In this document: in pieces, positions 25,332 to 38,198 of the stretch | Layout of the letters: each line of letters begins with the position of its first letter | Numbering within the stretch: the first letter of the stretch is position 1 | Origin: Amoebophrya sp. A120 | Taxonomy: Eukaryota; Protista; Dinoflagellata | Assembly (NCBI GenBank): GCA_905178155.1 | Contig: CAJINV010000005.1 | Location: forward strand, 6,980,356 to 7,044,355 | Direction of reading: 5' to 3' | Length of the DNA stretch: 64,000 nucleotides | The notes under the pieces: generated by a model | Told to the model about the DNA's origin: nothing | The model's database searches: none | Seen by the model: only the letters and a program-made list of their open reading frames with translations | Made by a program: the position numbers and the translations under genes

Positions 25332-25502
25332 GTCGCGCCGGCACTATAGGTTGTAGCGGTAGCGCCCATCATGAACACGGAGATGCCAGAAACCTGCATT
25401 TCCAATGTTGGTCAGGTGAAGCTGCGACATGGTGTGCTCGGAATGGCATGAGCATAGCCTTCGCTTCATAGCAGTAAAAAATCCGTAGCCAACATCGACA
25501 AC

Positions 25503-28500
25503 ATGGCGCCGCAGATAAAAACATCAGTGCGCGAGGACCAAGAAGTACAGGATGGTCGTTTTGCTCCTAGTCCGCGCGTCGTGCAACGGGAACGGCTAGT
25601 ACCGGCGAAGAAAACGGAAAGAAGGGAGGACCGACCACCAAACCGGGCAGTACCGGTAGCTTCCGTAAAAAATGATGGTACAACCACAATCGCGAAGGCG
25701 AACTCAAAAGCCATAGTGCGCCCGGTCGTGGGCACCGCCGCTCGTGCTGAGGAAAACGAGAGGATGGATCATATGAAACTTCCGGCGCAGCTGTTGAACA
25801 GCCCCAGGAGTATACTTCGGGCTTGGGAGAAGATGATCTTCGGGAATGTGTATGTGAACAAAAACGTGTCACAGGAATCACACTCACACACCAGCCAGCA
25901 GCAGCAGCATGGTCGACATGAGGAGGCCTGTCAAGTAGATCAAGACGTGAACGTCGCTGACACGACAGACCATGCTATTAACGAACCCGTTGGTGGTGCA
26001 CAGCAGCAACCTGAAATTATCCAAGACTTTGTGCATGAGGCTTTTGCGACTACAACAACCGAGAGTTGCCGCGTGGATGAGGATCAGGACGTTACTAACA
26101 AGAAAGGCAAACTCGAAATAAAGCTCCGGCCACGAGAGGGAGCTGGGAAGGCGAAGGTGGAGCTGCAACGCGACAAGGTGGAACAAGTCGCGGCTCCGCC
26201 GCAGGAGGAGCAGCACCATTTTTACAATTTCCACTGGACCACGACAAGAAGGCCAAAAACAGCTCCGACATCCGCCGAACAGCACGGCGGGACTGTGCGT
26301 AACAGAGAAACGACAGCGACGTCGCCGGCATCAGCGCAGAACAAGCAGGTCGCAGGCGGGGTAGTAGATGTAGAGTTGTACACGTTAGCGCCTCCACTCC
26401 CTGATTCTACTACAGATGCGCCTCCTGCTAAGCGCGTCGTCGTGAGCACACACGATCAACTTGCGTCTAATTCAGATCGACTTGTTGCAGCTCCTTCGAC
26501 ACGACACGGCCCGCCGCATGGTTCTCCCGTAAATTTTCGTCCACATCATCCCGAGCCACACAGCAGCTTCCCGACAGTGAAAACCATGTTGCCTCAGCAG
26601 CCTCGTGGCACGAGCACGACCCTTGGCGTCGCCGGCGCGGGTGGAAGTAGAAATATGAAACGGTCAAGCGCTTCAGGAGTACAACTAGGACGGTCAGCAG
26701 ATAGATCGTTGATGTGGTCCACCACGACCCAAAATTATGGCTGTACCCACGACCAGCCGCACGACATCGCCGCCCAAGACCGTGAGGAGCAAGTCTTTTT
26801 CCTGCACCTCGCAAAGCAATTGAACCTTTTAAGCGCCACCGATTCGTTAGAGTTGAAGAAACTTTTGTCCATTCTGCACGACAAATCCACGGAGCAGCTG
26901 CTCGCCGGCGTGGAGATACCGGAGAACTGGAAGCACACCAGAATCGAGGAGGAAACAGTGTCGACGAAGATGAAAAGACTTTCTCGAATAGAAGAGATGG
27001 AAACTTTCAAATCCCAGCACGAAACGGAAAATTCCGGAGGTTTTTTTGGGATAAGAGAAAACCTACTGCTGTTGGTGGCGTCGAGAGACAAGAACAATTT
27101 TCACGCGGAAAGAACCACTAAACCGTCTAAAACAGTGACTATCACGGAGTCCACTTTTCGTCGGGAGAGACGGCTGCACGCGGAGAAAAGGAAACAAGAT
27201 TTGGAGAAACTTTTGCAGCAGATGAAGAAACAACTGCACGAACACACGCTGCATTCGAAACAGATTCTGCAGCGGTTTTTATGCATTGCAAAAGTATCGT
27301 ACTCGTATAAATGCATTACAAATTTCCTCAGCATAAGAAATAAAATTTGTAATGCAGATTTGCCTTGGAAACAAGATTTGTAATGCAAGGCCCGCATTTG
27401 TACGAGTACGATAGTTTTGCACAGGATAGTTTTTGAAAGACTACGACTTTCGAGAGGACGTGGTTGCGTTAGAAATGCAAATGGGGTACAATTCATCCGC
27501 GAACAGCTGGAATAAAGGGAAGAACTTTCACGTGTACAATTTGATCAGACAGAGGCTGAACAACAACCTTGGGACCAATAAAGCAGTAATACGCGACAGG
27601 ATCTACGTCGTTTACCACGATACCACGAGCAGGAGAAGTTTGTTGCAGCATATAATTGGGCCTCAAACTTGTTCTACCGAAGTAGGAGCTCATCACCTGC
27701 TTCAAGAAGAAGATTTGTTGGAACAGGAAAAAGAACTCTTAGCCGAAAAGTCTCGGACGGAACACGACGAAGAGGCGTTTTTGAAAGTGTTGGAGAGATA
27801 TTTGAACGCTTTTTTTCCCAATGTGAAGTTCGGATTTGTAAAGTACCACAGCAGGAGCAGGAGAATGATTGGCGGCGGTGCTGGGTGTGGCCCTCGTGTT
27901 TCTGATGCTAGTAGTAGTGCTGGGCAACAAGAAGCAATTGCAATAAACCATCACGGGCCAGCTCCAGCACCAGCTCCACACAAGCATCACAGCCTAGACC
28001 TCGGCACCTTCCAGCAAGCGTACCAGGACGCGATGGGGGTGGTGGAGCTGTTGGTGGTCGGCGATGAGGAGGAGTCGAAGCAGGAGACCCCGCATGAGAA
28101 AGATAATACTCGCAGCATTGATCTCTATCTCACACAGCAAGACAAGTTTTTAGTCCAGCGGAGCTCGGTCGACTCACTGCAAACGCACATCACGCCACGG
28201 ATAGCATTTCATGCACAACCTGTAGCGAAACAAACGCGAAGTAGAACAACCGGAAGCAGTGCTGCTAGAAAAAAGGAGAGCAGTAAAACTGCTGCCCCGC
28301 CTCCCTTTGCGCCGCACCTACGGACCAATAGCGGTTTGTCGCTCGGAAGGGTTGTTTTGTCATCGTCGTTGGAGCGGGCCTCTAAAGGTAAACGCACGAC
28401 TGGCGCAAGAAGAAGCGCAATTATGACCCCTGGGAGGAGCAGGATGGTAGAACATCAAGTGCAGTTCTCAACCCTCACCCCCCTGATCGAGGCGGTCGAG

Positions 28501-30477
28501 GAGGTATCCCACAGAAAAAAGCTGGCAGGGCATTGCTATCTATTATATTCATGCGAAAAAAGAGGTCTACAGAGGGCCGAAGGGAGGTGGCCGAGAGGTC
28601 AAAAAGAGGTCGACAGAGGTCAAAAAGAGGTCGACAGAGGTGGAGAGGTGGCGCAGGAGGTCAATCGACAGGGTGGCCGAGAGGTGGCGCGGGTATAGCC
28701 CGCCGAAGGGCTCGCCCTAAAGCCGCGCCTATGGGGGACGGAGGTGGCCGAGAGGGTCCCGAGAGGGTAAGCGAGAGGTGGACAGAGGTGCCGGGAGGTT
28801 GCGCGAATAAGGGCGAACCTCTCGCGCACCCTCCTGGCCACCTCTCGGCCACCTCTGTAGACCTCTATCGGTGAGTATAGCCGAACTATTAGCAACACCT
28901 CTCGGGAGAGGTCAAAAAGAGGGTCTGCGAGAGGGTCAGAACAACCCGAATCCCCCCGGCACGCGGTCGATTTTCTTTGGGCCTTTTCATGGCGCAGGCC
29001 CGCACCCCCACCCTTCCGCGCTACCCTCTCGCGCTACCCTCTCGCGCTACCCTCTCGCGCCACCCTCTCGCGCCACCCTCTCGCGCTACCCTCTCGCGGT
29101 CGCGCCAGCGATTTTCGCCGGGAAGCAAATAGGGTGGGGGCAGGTGGGTGACCAAAAAAGGGCAGCGCGGCTTCCGTTCTGCTTCCTTCGGCGTCTATGT
29201 CGAGGCGGCTTCCTTTCACCCCCAAGCTTCGCTGCAGCCGCTCCCTGCGCATAGCGCCTGCAGGCGCGGGAAGCGCGCAGGAGGCCCTGCGGGTTGACAT
29301 GACGCAAACCGGCGCCAGTAGTTCCCTCGGTCTGTTACGCTGTGCCCAAAGCTCCGGCGCTGCGGTCCAGCCCGCGCACTGTCCTGCCCCGCCACAACAG
29401 CCTTGCGCTCCGGCGTTAGCCGGAGCATGGCTGGTATTTGTAATGCAAAAATAAATACACAGAAAAATGGGCGGCCTCATAGCATGCTGCTTAGGATACG
29501 CAATACAGATTTTTCTGTGTATTTATTTTTGCATTACAAATGTGACCTGCCAGCTTTTTTCTGTTGGATAGGAGGAGCTGTATGCAAAAGAGGCTATCGA
29601 CGTGAGAAGCTCTGTTCTTGCCAAGGCCAGCACGATAAATAAGATACCCGGGGGCCGCCTGCGACACTTCCGCAAGCAGTTGCTGGAGAAGAAGGGCAAT
29701 CTGCTGATGCAGGTGCGGTTTGAGGAGGAAAAGGAAAAACGCTTGCGGTCGAAACTCGCCAGCTGGGTGCTGGACTTAATCGTGGTGGAGATAACGAGGG
29801 TGATCTGCGAGAGCTGCTTTGGGATTGAACACAGTGATTGTGAGGAGAAGGATTCTCAACGTCATCCTCTAGGTCATCTGCAGCCTCAAGTAGAACATGG
29901 AGTTTCTCCGGCAGGGAGCAGAAAATTTCCCCGATACGATTGTCTACTGCGACGAGAACAAGATGAAAGCGGGAAGCAGCTGCAGCGGAGTTCTGGTACA
30001 CCACTCTCTTCACAATCGCACAATTCTCATACGCAGGAGAGGACCACAACACATTTGGATCTCTGTCCCAGCTGCTTGACGAAGCTGTACTTTGCCATCG
30101 GGACGACAGCGACGGCAAGTTGTAATGCAGTATCGGCAACTACACCAACCGCATCCTTACCGCCGTCTTCTTCTTCTGCAACCACGACATTGTTTTTCAA
30201 CCCCTCGACGCGCTACAAAAACCTGGCGGAATTTTTCGAAAAAGATCTCTATACCGAGTTTTTAGACGTGTTTTTGTTTTTGGAGAAAAAGAAGGAGAAG
30301 ACCACGGCAGAGGAGCAAGCAAGAGATCATGGGAAAAATAATAGGAATGATGCAGAGAAGATGAAAACGACCTCGACCTCCACGGGGATAAATCCGAATC
30401 GAAACTGTCCCGCAGAGAAGCGGTTCGCGACCATGGCAGATTGGTGTCGAGAACGAAGCGAGGCGTGCTTGTTGTAG
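25503..30477 (+). CDS. Large hypothetical protein, at least 3 exons
   Basis: ORFs 25503-27383, 27433-28698 and 29602-30477 join in frame after removing 27280-27428 and 28505-29570 (QRF-LKDY; IEAVEE-ELYAKE). Confidence 0.75.
27280..27428. mobile_element. Introner-like intron, family A (opposite orientation to 2832-2979)
   Basis: tatgcattgcaaaag...ttttgcacaggata; TSD gtttt. Confidence 0.9.
28505..29570. mobile_element. 1066-bp introner-like intron containing a nested GC-rich insertion
   Basis: TIR tatcccacagaaaaaagctggcagg/cctgccagcttttttctgttggata; TSD ggagg; internal 33-bp perfect IR at about 29436-29541; AGAGGT and CGCTACCCTCTCG repeats at 28546-29100. Confidence 0.88.
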
Positions 30478-31299
30478 GAACACGGGTTGAAATTTTTACG
30501 GTACTTGACGGTGAAGAAGATGAGCGATGAAAAAGAATAAGAGTGTTGCAGTAGTGCCTCTACCTCCTCCTAACAACTCACAACTCATCTACAAGCTGAG
30601 GTGTCTTTCTTGTAGCGAGGATGGATTGAATAATTTTTCGAACGACAGCCATGGCCGTCGCCGTGCTTCTACTTTTCCGAACGGTAGCGCAGCTGCAACG
30701 AACTGTATGATGGAGCGTACAGCAGCACGAGGATTCATCTATTCCAGAAGTCATGAAATTATGAATGCGCATGAAATACGTAGAATAATTTCGACAAGAA
30801 GGAATTCTAACTCAGGCTATGGTGTTGTGTGTTCATTTCGTTAATATTGATGTTGTTCCGTAAAAATAGTTTCTTTTTGAAGATGAGGAACTTGTTCTGC
30901 TGAGAACATCCTCAGAACCAGATGAAATCGATGAATGCATAAAGCTGTCTTTCTTTTGAGAACGTACATGTCCGAGCAGTGTCTTCTTCGCATTTTCGTT
31001 TGTCGTGTACTAGCAGTTTCGTTGCTCGTGATCACCATACAGCAGTATAGCAACTTCATCGTACACCTTCATCGTGCAACTTCATCGTGCAGTTCATTTC
31101 TTCGTGCCATCTCGTCTACCTCAAGTGCGACCTCTTCTGAGCTGCTCCTTTTCACATCATCGTAACGGTACTAAAAGCCAAGAGATTACAACAGAACTTG
31201 GAGTTTCACGACCACCTCCTGAACTGCCTGAGTAAATAAGCTAGTAAGTAGTTCTTGTGCTGGTTGTACTTGTCTGCACAACCAATTCCTTCCTTCGAC

Positions 31300-32820
31300 A
31301 TGACCGTGATGTCCACATCCTCAAGAATGCCGATGCCCAGTGCGATTTCGTTGCCGGCACCCACGAGGCCGTCCTTGCGAAGAGCAACCGCAAGCACCAA
31401 GCGTGCAAAAGCTGCTCCTGCACTTGTCATCTACAAGTTCGCCGCTCATCTAGGAACGACGTCCTTGCTCAACTACGATGAAATTTTCGTCAACGCCGCG
31501 GCTATGGTGTCCTCGCATGCTTCGTCGTCCACCTCCTCGACGTCGTCAAAATCTGGCGCGTCTCGCGTCACGCGGAATAAAATTACAAAGACCACCTCTA
31601 CTGCTGGAAAAAAGAACCTCCGCTCTACCACCACGGCGAAAATCAAAACGGCGAGAAAGAACAAAATTGTTTTCGCCACTTCGTATTGCAGTACGGAACA
31701 AAACGGAGACCCCGACCCAAGTTACTGCATTCGAAGCAAGAAGCCAGAAGATCAACCTGAGCCTGGCATGACCGGGAGTCAGAAAATGTTCGATGAGTGC
31801 GTTTTGACCAGCGATGTGAACACGGACGATCCTGCGAAAATCATGGAGCTGCAACTGGACTCCGGCGGAAAAAGGACCACGCGCTGCAGCAGCATTTCTT
31901 CATCTGTGGGCAGTTCCTCGTCTGTGAACGACGAGATGCACATGCAGTCTCAAGAACAGGAATACAACCAGGTTGTTCTGGAGAAAGACGGCGACGAACA
32001 ACTCGTGGGCGGCTGGTCGCCCTGTCTGGTGCTTTACGACGGCACGCCGGAAACGGCCTGGGCGCAGGGCTGCGGGGTGCACATTGTCGGGAATGGCGAA
32101 AACTGCAAGAAGGAGTGCACGACATCCGAGCAGTTTGTGGGCGGCTGGTCGCCCTGTCTGGTGCTTTACGACGGCACGCCGGAAACGGCCTGGGCGCAGG
32201 GCTGCGGGGTGCACATCGTCGGGAATGGCGAAAACTGCAAGAAGGAGTGCACGACATCCGAGCAGTTTGTGGGCGGCTGGTCGCCCTGTCTGGTGCTTTA
32301 CGACGGCACGCCGGAAACGGCCTGGGCGCAGGGCTGCGGGGTGCACATCGTCGGGAATGGTGACAATTGCAAGACCGAATGCGAAGATTGGAAAAAGAGA
32401 AACAAGGAAGAAGACCAAGTATTCGAGGGCACCAAAGAAATGCCCCCAGTTGATGTTGCGCAGCAGAAAGATCTGATGTCCAAACCTACGGAGGAGGTCG
32501 GTACTACGAAAGATGCTCAAGAAACCGAGGCTGAAAAGAAAGAGCAGGACAACAGCATCGAAGGCGGGGTCGGGGAAAAAACATCTGCAGACGCTGACGT
32601 GGAGGAAAACAAGATGGGGTCCTCTTCTAGTACTCCGGATGAAAATGATGGAGAAAAAGCTCCTGCCGCTGACGCGAGTGGCTTGTTGATGTCTTCCTCG
32701 CAAAACACTGAAGTGGAGGAGGTAGTAGATGGCGGGAAAAACAAAGACAAGCCGGCGGAAGATCCAAAAAAATCCGGGGGTGCAGGTCTGCTCGACACTG
32801 TTTTCCATTGTTGTAGCTAG
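31300..32820 (+). CDS. Intronless hypothetical protein with 3 tandem 39-aa four-Cys repeats, C-terminal CCS
   Basis: 521-aa ORF; repeat VGGWSPCLVLYDGTPETAWAQGCGVHIVGNGENCKKEC. Confidence 0.8.
   Translation: MTVMSTSSRMPMPSAISLPAPTRPSLRRATASTKRAKAAPALVIYKFAAHLGTTSLLNYDEIFVNAAAMVSSHASSSTSSTSSKSGASRVTRNKITKTTSTAGKKNLRSTTTAKIKTARKNKIVFATSYCSTEQNGDPDPSYCIRSKKPEDQPEPGMTGSQKMFDECVLTSDVNTDDPAKIMELQLDSGGKRTTRCSSISSSVGSSSSVNDEMHMQSQEQEYNQVVLEKDGDEQLVGGWSPCLVLYDGTPETAWAQGCGVHIVGNGENCKKECTTSEQFVGGWSPCLVLYDGTPETAWAQGCGVHIVGNGENCKKECTTSEQFVGGWSPCLVLYDGTPETAWAQGCGVHIVGNGDNCKTECEDWKKRNKEEDQVFEGTKEMPPVDVAQQKDLMSKPTEEVGTTKDAQETEAEKKEQDNSIEGGVGEKTSADADVEENKMGSSSSTPDENDGEKAPAADASGLLMSSSQNTEVEEVVDGGKNKDKPAEDPKKSGGAGLLDTVFHCCS
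32005..32383 (+). repeat. Three near-identical 117-bp coding tandem repeats
   Basis: Direct inspection. Confidence 0.95.
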
Positions 32821-34080
32821 AGCGGCACTGACAGTCGTGATTGAAAAAGCTATACGTAGTTTCAAAGTACGTGAAGATCGGATGAAGAAGCAGTACTAGG
32901 GGTAGATTCCTCTGCTTCTCCAGTGCTGTCCCTTTCAGACGCTTATTTTTGAGTTGTACTTTAACTTTTCCTAGTTCCTAGTCCTTTATTCTTCCGACAA
33001 GATTGACCAGTTTTTTCATTTTCTTTGCCCTAGTATGTAACTTTTTTCATCCAAAAAACCACGTCTGGAGTAAGCAAGAGCAACTAAGTAGTACTTCTGG
33101 TGGACTTTTGACTTCTCTCGGCGGAAGATCATTAATTTTTCTTTTTTCGCACCATGTGATGTTGTAAAATCTTACTCTTCATTGATTTACTCCCCAGCTA
33201 GCATTTTTCATTTCCCCTCCCTCTGACTGTTGTACTTTACTACCTGTGCTACTCTGCCACGCCGGGTACAAGTACAACTACGGAAGAGATTTACCCAGCG
33301 CAACCCGTGCACCAAGGCAAATTTTTCCCCGGGAAAATAAAATAAAACCCCGCATGATAAGGATTCGTGAAAGAGCTTTTTGACACGGAGACCACGATCT
33401 ATGTCAATACAAACCGTCTTTGCTTTTGTCAAGTACTTCTTCATCGGGGCGGGCTCCTATGATTTATTCGTGCATGCGGATGGTTTCAGTTTTCGTCTTC
33501 TCCCGCAGTTTAGGTCGGAGGTGATGCAAGAACGTCGAGGACAATCGTGCAACTAGTGCAGCAACTTCTTCGTGCAGTCAATATCGTGCAGCTTCAGACA
33601 CTATTGTCGTCCTTCGTCCTCTTCAATAGACCGTCTGTTGTTGAAGAAGAATGTCCCGAAAACCGATACTATACCGAACCGGCTGCATCACCACGTGGCT
33701 GACGGCGGTCGTTGCTCTGATCGTGCATACGTCATGATGACTCCCTTTTGCTGCGCGAGTGCCTGTACACAGAATTTGAATTTAAGCATAAGAAGATGAA
33801 AACAGGAATTTACAGCACCCCAATTTCAAATTAATAGCCACCTTTGGCCGCAAGACATCAGACACGAACAAGAATTATCCCTTGATACTTGCACTTTTTT
33901 TCAAACGACTGCCAGTGTAGCAAATCCTACAGGTAATAGAGAAGCTTGCGTGGGAGCCACTGCATCAGTACTAGAGCCATCGAGAACAAAGCTATCACAC
34001 GTTCTTCCAGTACTCAGCTCACTTCATCCGCGCATTTTTACACTCCAGCCGGCAACCATCGGTCGAAAAAGTCAGGAACG

Positions 34081-35616
34081 ATGACTTCTGCACCTGCTTC
34101 CTCTATTTGTTCCCCAAAACGACGTCAAACTGCGTTTCTGCACCGTGCCGCATTTTTCGGTGCGCAGTTCCTATTGGCGGTTGAGGAAGCGAACGCAGAA
34201 ATGGTGGTGCTGAACGTGGGTCATCAGCAGCACAACAAAAATGCTGTGAGCAAGAAGAAGAAGCTCGGGACAACTCAGAACAAGAAGTCCAAGCACCTGA
34301 AGAACCAAGTGGGACATGACACTGCTTCGAAAGTGGCCGCCGCGTATCCAAGAAAAAAACTGTGTTTGTGTAACTTTCTTTGGCTGACGGCATCACAAAT
34401 TCGCTCTACATGACAGAGAAAACCTGTCATGCGTGGCTTGTAAGTGACTATACACACGAAATAAAGAGGACTGCGTGGCTGTCTGGCATGACAGGCGTAA
34501 GTCTGTTGCATGTTCTGCATCACAGATTTACACTTACGCAGGTTTTTTCTTGCATACCACTTCGAAAAAAGCGATCAACGCGAGTTCGTACTGCAGCAAA
34601 GAATATCCTGTGCAAAAGTATCGTACTCGTAGCATTCAATCACAATCGCAGTCGTGCATTACAAATCTCCATCCCAAGGCAAAACAGCATGCTGAGCTGA
34701 TTTGTATTGCAGCAATGAGTACTAAGTAGTACGATACTTTTGCAGTTGATAAAGAAGAAGGCGGAGACCCGGATCCCAGCTATTGCATTCGGGATAAGAA
34801 AGTGCACCCTGGAGAAAATTTTGTAGGGCGTCAAGACGCGTTCTCGGAATGCGTTTTGACAACCGACGTATCAAATGTAAAAATGTCTGGGTCTGGAAGA
34901 ATGCGAACTTGTGATGCGTGTTGCGGATAATACAAAAATCTGTGTTGCATGACTTGCAAAAGGTCCCCATTTCTCGCCATGCTCAGAGGGCATTTCTCAT
35001 GCATAATGGGCATCACCAAGGGGCTGCAGAACCTGTGATGCTAGGCCCTGCATTCCAGACTTGGTGGAGCTTGGAAAAACTGCATGGCAAATCTCGAAAT
35101 CTTCCAGGCCCAGACATTTTTACATTTGATACGACGTTGACACGGACGACCCTGCGAAGATCATGGAGCTCCGACTGGACTATTGCCCGGACGAGGACGG
35201 TATGACGTGCACATGTGTCTGGGTCTGGACGAAAGGTTGAATCTGTATTGCGTGTCTCGCATTCCTGAAAAATATGTATTGCATAAGCAGCAAAAGCGCC
35301 ACACTTTCGTCATGCAAAGTCGCAGCGTGTATTGCCAATGCGTGCTGAGCTGCATGAGAAGGCGTTTGAAAAATGTGTGATGCTTCACTGCATTTAGAGG
35401 CGTACTCAATCATGACCATTCAGCATTTTTACAAGTTTCCAGACCCAGCAGACATGTTTGTAATCCATAGACGGCTGCAAGAGAACTTCCGCGGCCTGCG
35501 GTGACGATCTCTCCACACCCGATTCTCCTGACGCGACCTCTCCCAATGCAAATTCTACGACCTCTCCCTCGGCGACCTCTCCCAATTCTACGACCACCGC
35601 GGCTGGGTGTTGCTAA
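34081..35616 (+). CDS. Paralog of the 31300-32820 gene, 5 exons, ends GCC*
   Basis: Joined exons ASSYCSKEEGGDPDPSYCIR...ECVLTTDVDTDDPAKIMELRLD align with ATSYCSTEQNGDPDPSYCIR...ECVLTSDVNTDDPAKIMELQLD. Confidence 0.8.
34345..34556. mobile_element. Introner-like intron, family C (opposite orientation to 13132-13340)
   Basis: tatccaagaaaaaaac...gttttttcttgcata; TSD degenerate (ccgcg/ccact). Confidence 0.85.
34604..34751. mobile_element. Introner-like intron, family A
   Basis: tatcctgtgcaaaagtatcgtact...agtacgatacttttgcagttgata; TSD aagaa. Confidence 0.9.
34869..35131. mobile_element. Introner-like intron, family F (opposite orientation to 11345-11606)
   Basis: About 31-bp TIR tatcaaatgtaaaaatgtctggg; TSD cgacg. 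Confidence 0.92.
35201..35469. mobile_element. Introner-like intron, family F
   Basis: tatgacgtgc...tgtaatccata with internal ctgggtctgga/tccagacccag; TSD gacgg. Confidence 0.85.
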
Positions 35617-35760
35617 GTCCAATTTACAAATTGAAATGTTTCCGCATCTTCCGCGCCGCCCCCATTCAGAGACAGTGAGCGCGTAGCCCGCGGCGCAAGC
35701 GCAACGAGTACAGATCAGGATTTTTCATAGTTTCTCCTTCTGCAAACGCAACAAGAAAAC

Positions 35761-38198
35761 GAGGATGACCCCATTGAGTACTGCGAAAGAAAATAAAAAT
35801 GCAGCATTTTTCACATTTTCGCTCATTAACCTACGAATGCCACACGACCGTCATGATTGTCCTGAAGAACCACCCGTGCAGGGGGTGTCTCGTGAAAGTA
35901 GCACCTGCGCGACTATGCTCGCATGATTGAAGAAGTTCTGGAATGAAAAAGCTAATATGATGTCTGTATCAATTATATTCATCAGGAGTAGTTGAACTTG
36001 AAGTTGTGTTTCACGTCGTCACTCGTTCGTATTTTTTGTCTTCTCGTTCTCGTGCATAATTTTGTTTGGAGGTCATGCAAGAACTTCAGCCGTGCAGAAG
36101 ATGATCCTTCGTGCAGTCAACATCATCGTGCAGCTCCAGTAGAAACTCTTATCGTGCTTCGTTCCCGTTAAGATCGTGATCGTCTGTAATGTTGAAGAAG
36201 AGTGTCATCATGACAACCGATACTATAATACCGAGCCAGCTTCATCACGATCTAGATCTTCGAGGCGATGAAAGTGGTTGCTCTGATAAAACATTACACA
36301 TTGCGTGTTGTAGTTGACGGTGCCCGTAAATGTTACCATAAGGAGATGAAGAAATAAAAAGGCATTCTGCAACAGGAGCAATAGAATCGGACTTATTGCA
36401 AGTTTTATCTACTTCTCTTTCCCCGTAACCAGTTGCTGTTGAGACGTCTTTCGAAGCAGCGCGCAACACTCTCCTAAAAATAAGCACGTCAAGGATCTGG
36501 CACAGCTTCGCGACTTGCTTCATCTGTACGTAGTTTTGCATCAAAATCAAAGCACGCCCGTGAAAATCAACACGATGCCCACACCTTCTCAGAAGACGTC
36601 GAGCACCGTTGGGCGGGGCAAAAAACAGCCGTCCTCCACAGCGTTGGCGGTGGTCACGGCGACGGGTTGCTTTTATTTTTCGGTGCAAGTCCTTCTCAAC
36701 TACATGCCGCACGTCGTGGAGGGTGCGCAGTTAGGGAAGACCAACAAGAAGAGCCTGCTGGCGATGAACAAGCAAGGCGTCGCGCAAAAATCGCGGGAGG
36801 CGAAGAAGACCCAGAAGACTAAAAAGAATCTCCGCGCGCAGACGAGCAAGGAAACGCTGCGTCCGATCTCGAGCGGGAGCGTGCCCGCCGCGGCCACCTG
36901 GACGAATCTGATCACGACCGCGACCGCGGCCCCCTTGACGAATATATGCATGAATGCGAAAAGAGGATGACCCCATTGAGTACTACGAAAGAAATTTTGA
37001 ATCAAAATGCAGCATTTATTTTCACACTTTCACTCATTTACTTAAGCTACGAATGCCACACGACCGTCATGATTGTCCTGAAGAACCGCCCGTGCAGGGG
37101 GTGTCTCGTGAAAGTAGCACCTACGCGACTATGCTCGCATGAAGAAGTTCTGGAATGAAAAAGCTAGTTTGATGTCTGTATCAATATTCATCAGGAGTTG
37201 AAGTTGTGTTTCATGTCGTCACTCGTTCGTATTTTTTGTCTTCTCGTCGTGGTTCTCGTGCATAATTTTGTTTGTAGCTGATGCAAGAACTCCAGTCGTA
37301 CAGATGATCCTTCGTGCAGTCAGCATCATCGTGCAGCTTCTTCAGTAGACACTCTTATCGTCCTTCGTTCCCGATCCCGTTAAGATCGTCTGTAATGTTG
37401 AAGAGGAATCTTATGAAGCCCGATACTAGCCAGCTTCATCACGATCTAGATCGAGGTGATGAAGGTGGTTGCTCTGAGAAAACGCACGCATAGTTTGCTG
37501 TTGACGGTGCCTGTAAATAATGATACCGGCATATGCAATAGAAGATGAAGAAATAAAAAGACATTCGCATTCTGCGACAGGAGCAATAGAATCGGACTTG
37601 TTGCAAGTTTTATCTACTTCTCTTTCCCCGTAGCTAGTTGTTGTTGAGACGCCTTCACAAGCAGCGCGCAACACTCTACTGAAAATAAGCACGTCAAGAA
37701 TCTTCTGGCACAGCTTCGCGACTTGCTTCATCTGTACGTAAGTGGTTTTGCTTCAAAATACTTAATCAGAGCACGTGGCCCGTCAAGTTGTGGATAAACC
37801 AATATGAAGATGGAGGTCGCCACAACTTCTCAGAAGACGTCGAGCACCTTTGGGCGGGGCAAAAAAAAGTCCTCCTCCACCGCGTTGGCGGTGGTCACGG
37901 CGACGGGTTGTTCTTATTTTTCGGTGCAGCTTCTCAACTACATGCCGCACGTTGTGGAGGGTGCGCAGTTAGGGAAGACTAAGAAGAAGAGCCTGCTGGC
38001 GATGAACAAGCAAGGCGTCGCGCAAAAATCGCGGGAGGCGAAGAAGAACCAGAAGACTAAAAAGAATCTCCGCGCGCAGACGAGCAAGGAAACGCTGCGT
38101 CCGATCTCGAGCGGGAGCGTGCCCGCCGCGGCCCCCTGGACGAATCTAATCACGACCGCGACCGCGGCCCCCTTGACGAATATATGCATGAATGCGAA
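35761..38198 (+). repeat. Tandem duplication of about 1.2 kb (35761-36960 and 36963-38198) covering upstream region and first exon
   Basis: Both copies begin gaggatgaccccattgagtac; ORFs 36515-36970 and 37804-38388 nearly identical. Confidence 0.9.
36575..36970 (+). pseudogene. Truncated duplicate first exon
   Basis: Ends at the duplication junction. Confidence 0.55.

Noticed and set aside
25482-25495. ccgtagcca resembling the dinoflagellate spliced leader
   Set aside because: Only 9 nt match; the TTTTGGCTCAAG remainder is absent.
32005-32383. Regularly spaced direct repeats resembling a CRISPR array
   Set aside because: Contiguous 117-bp in-frame coding repeats with no unique spacers and no cas genes.
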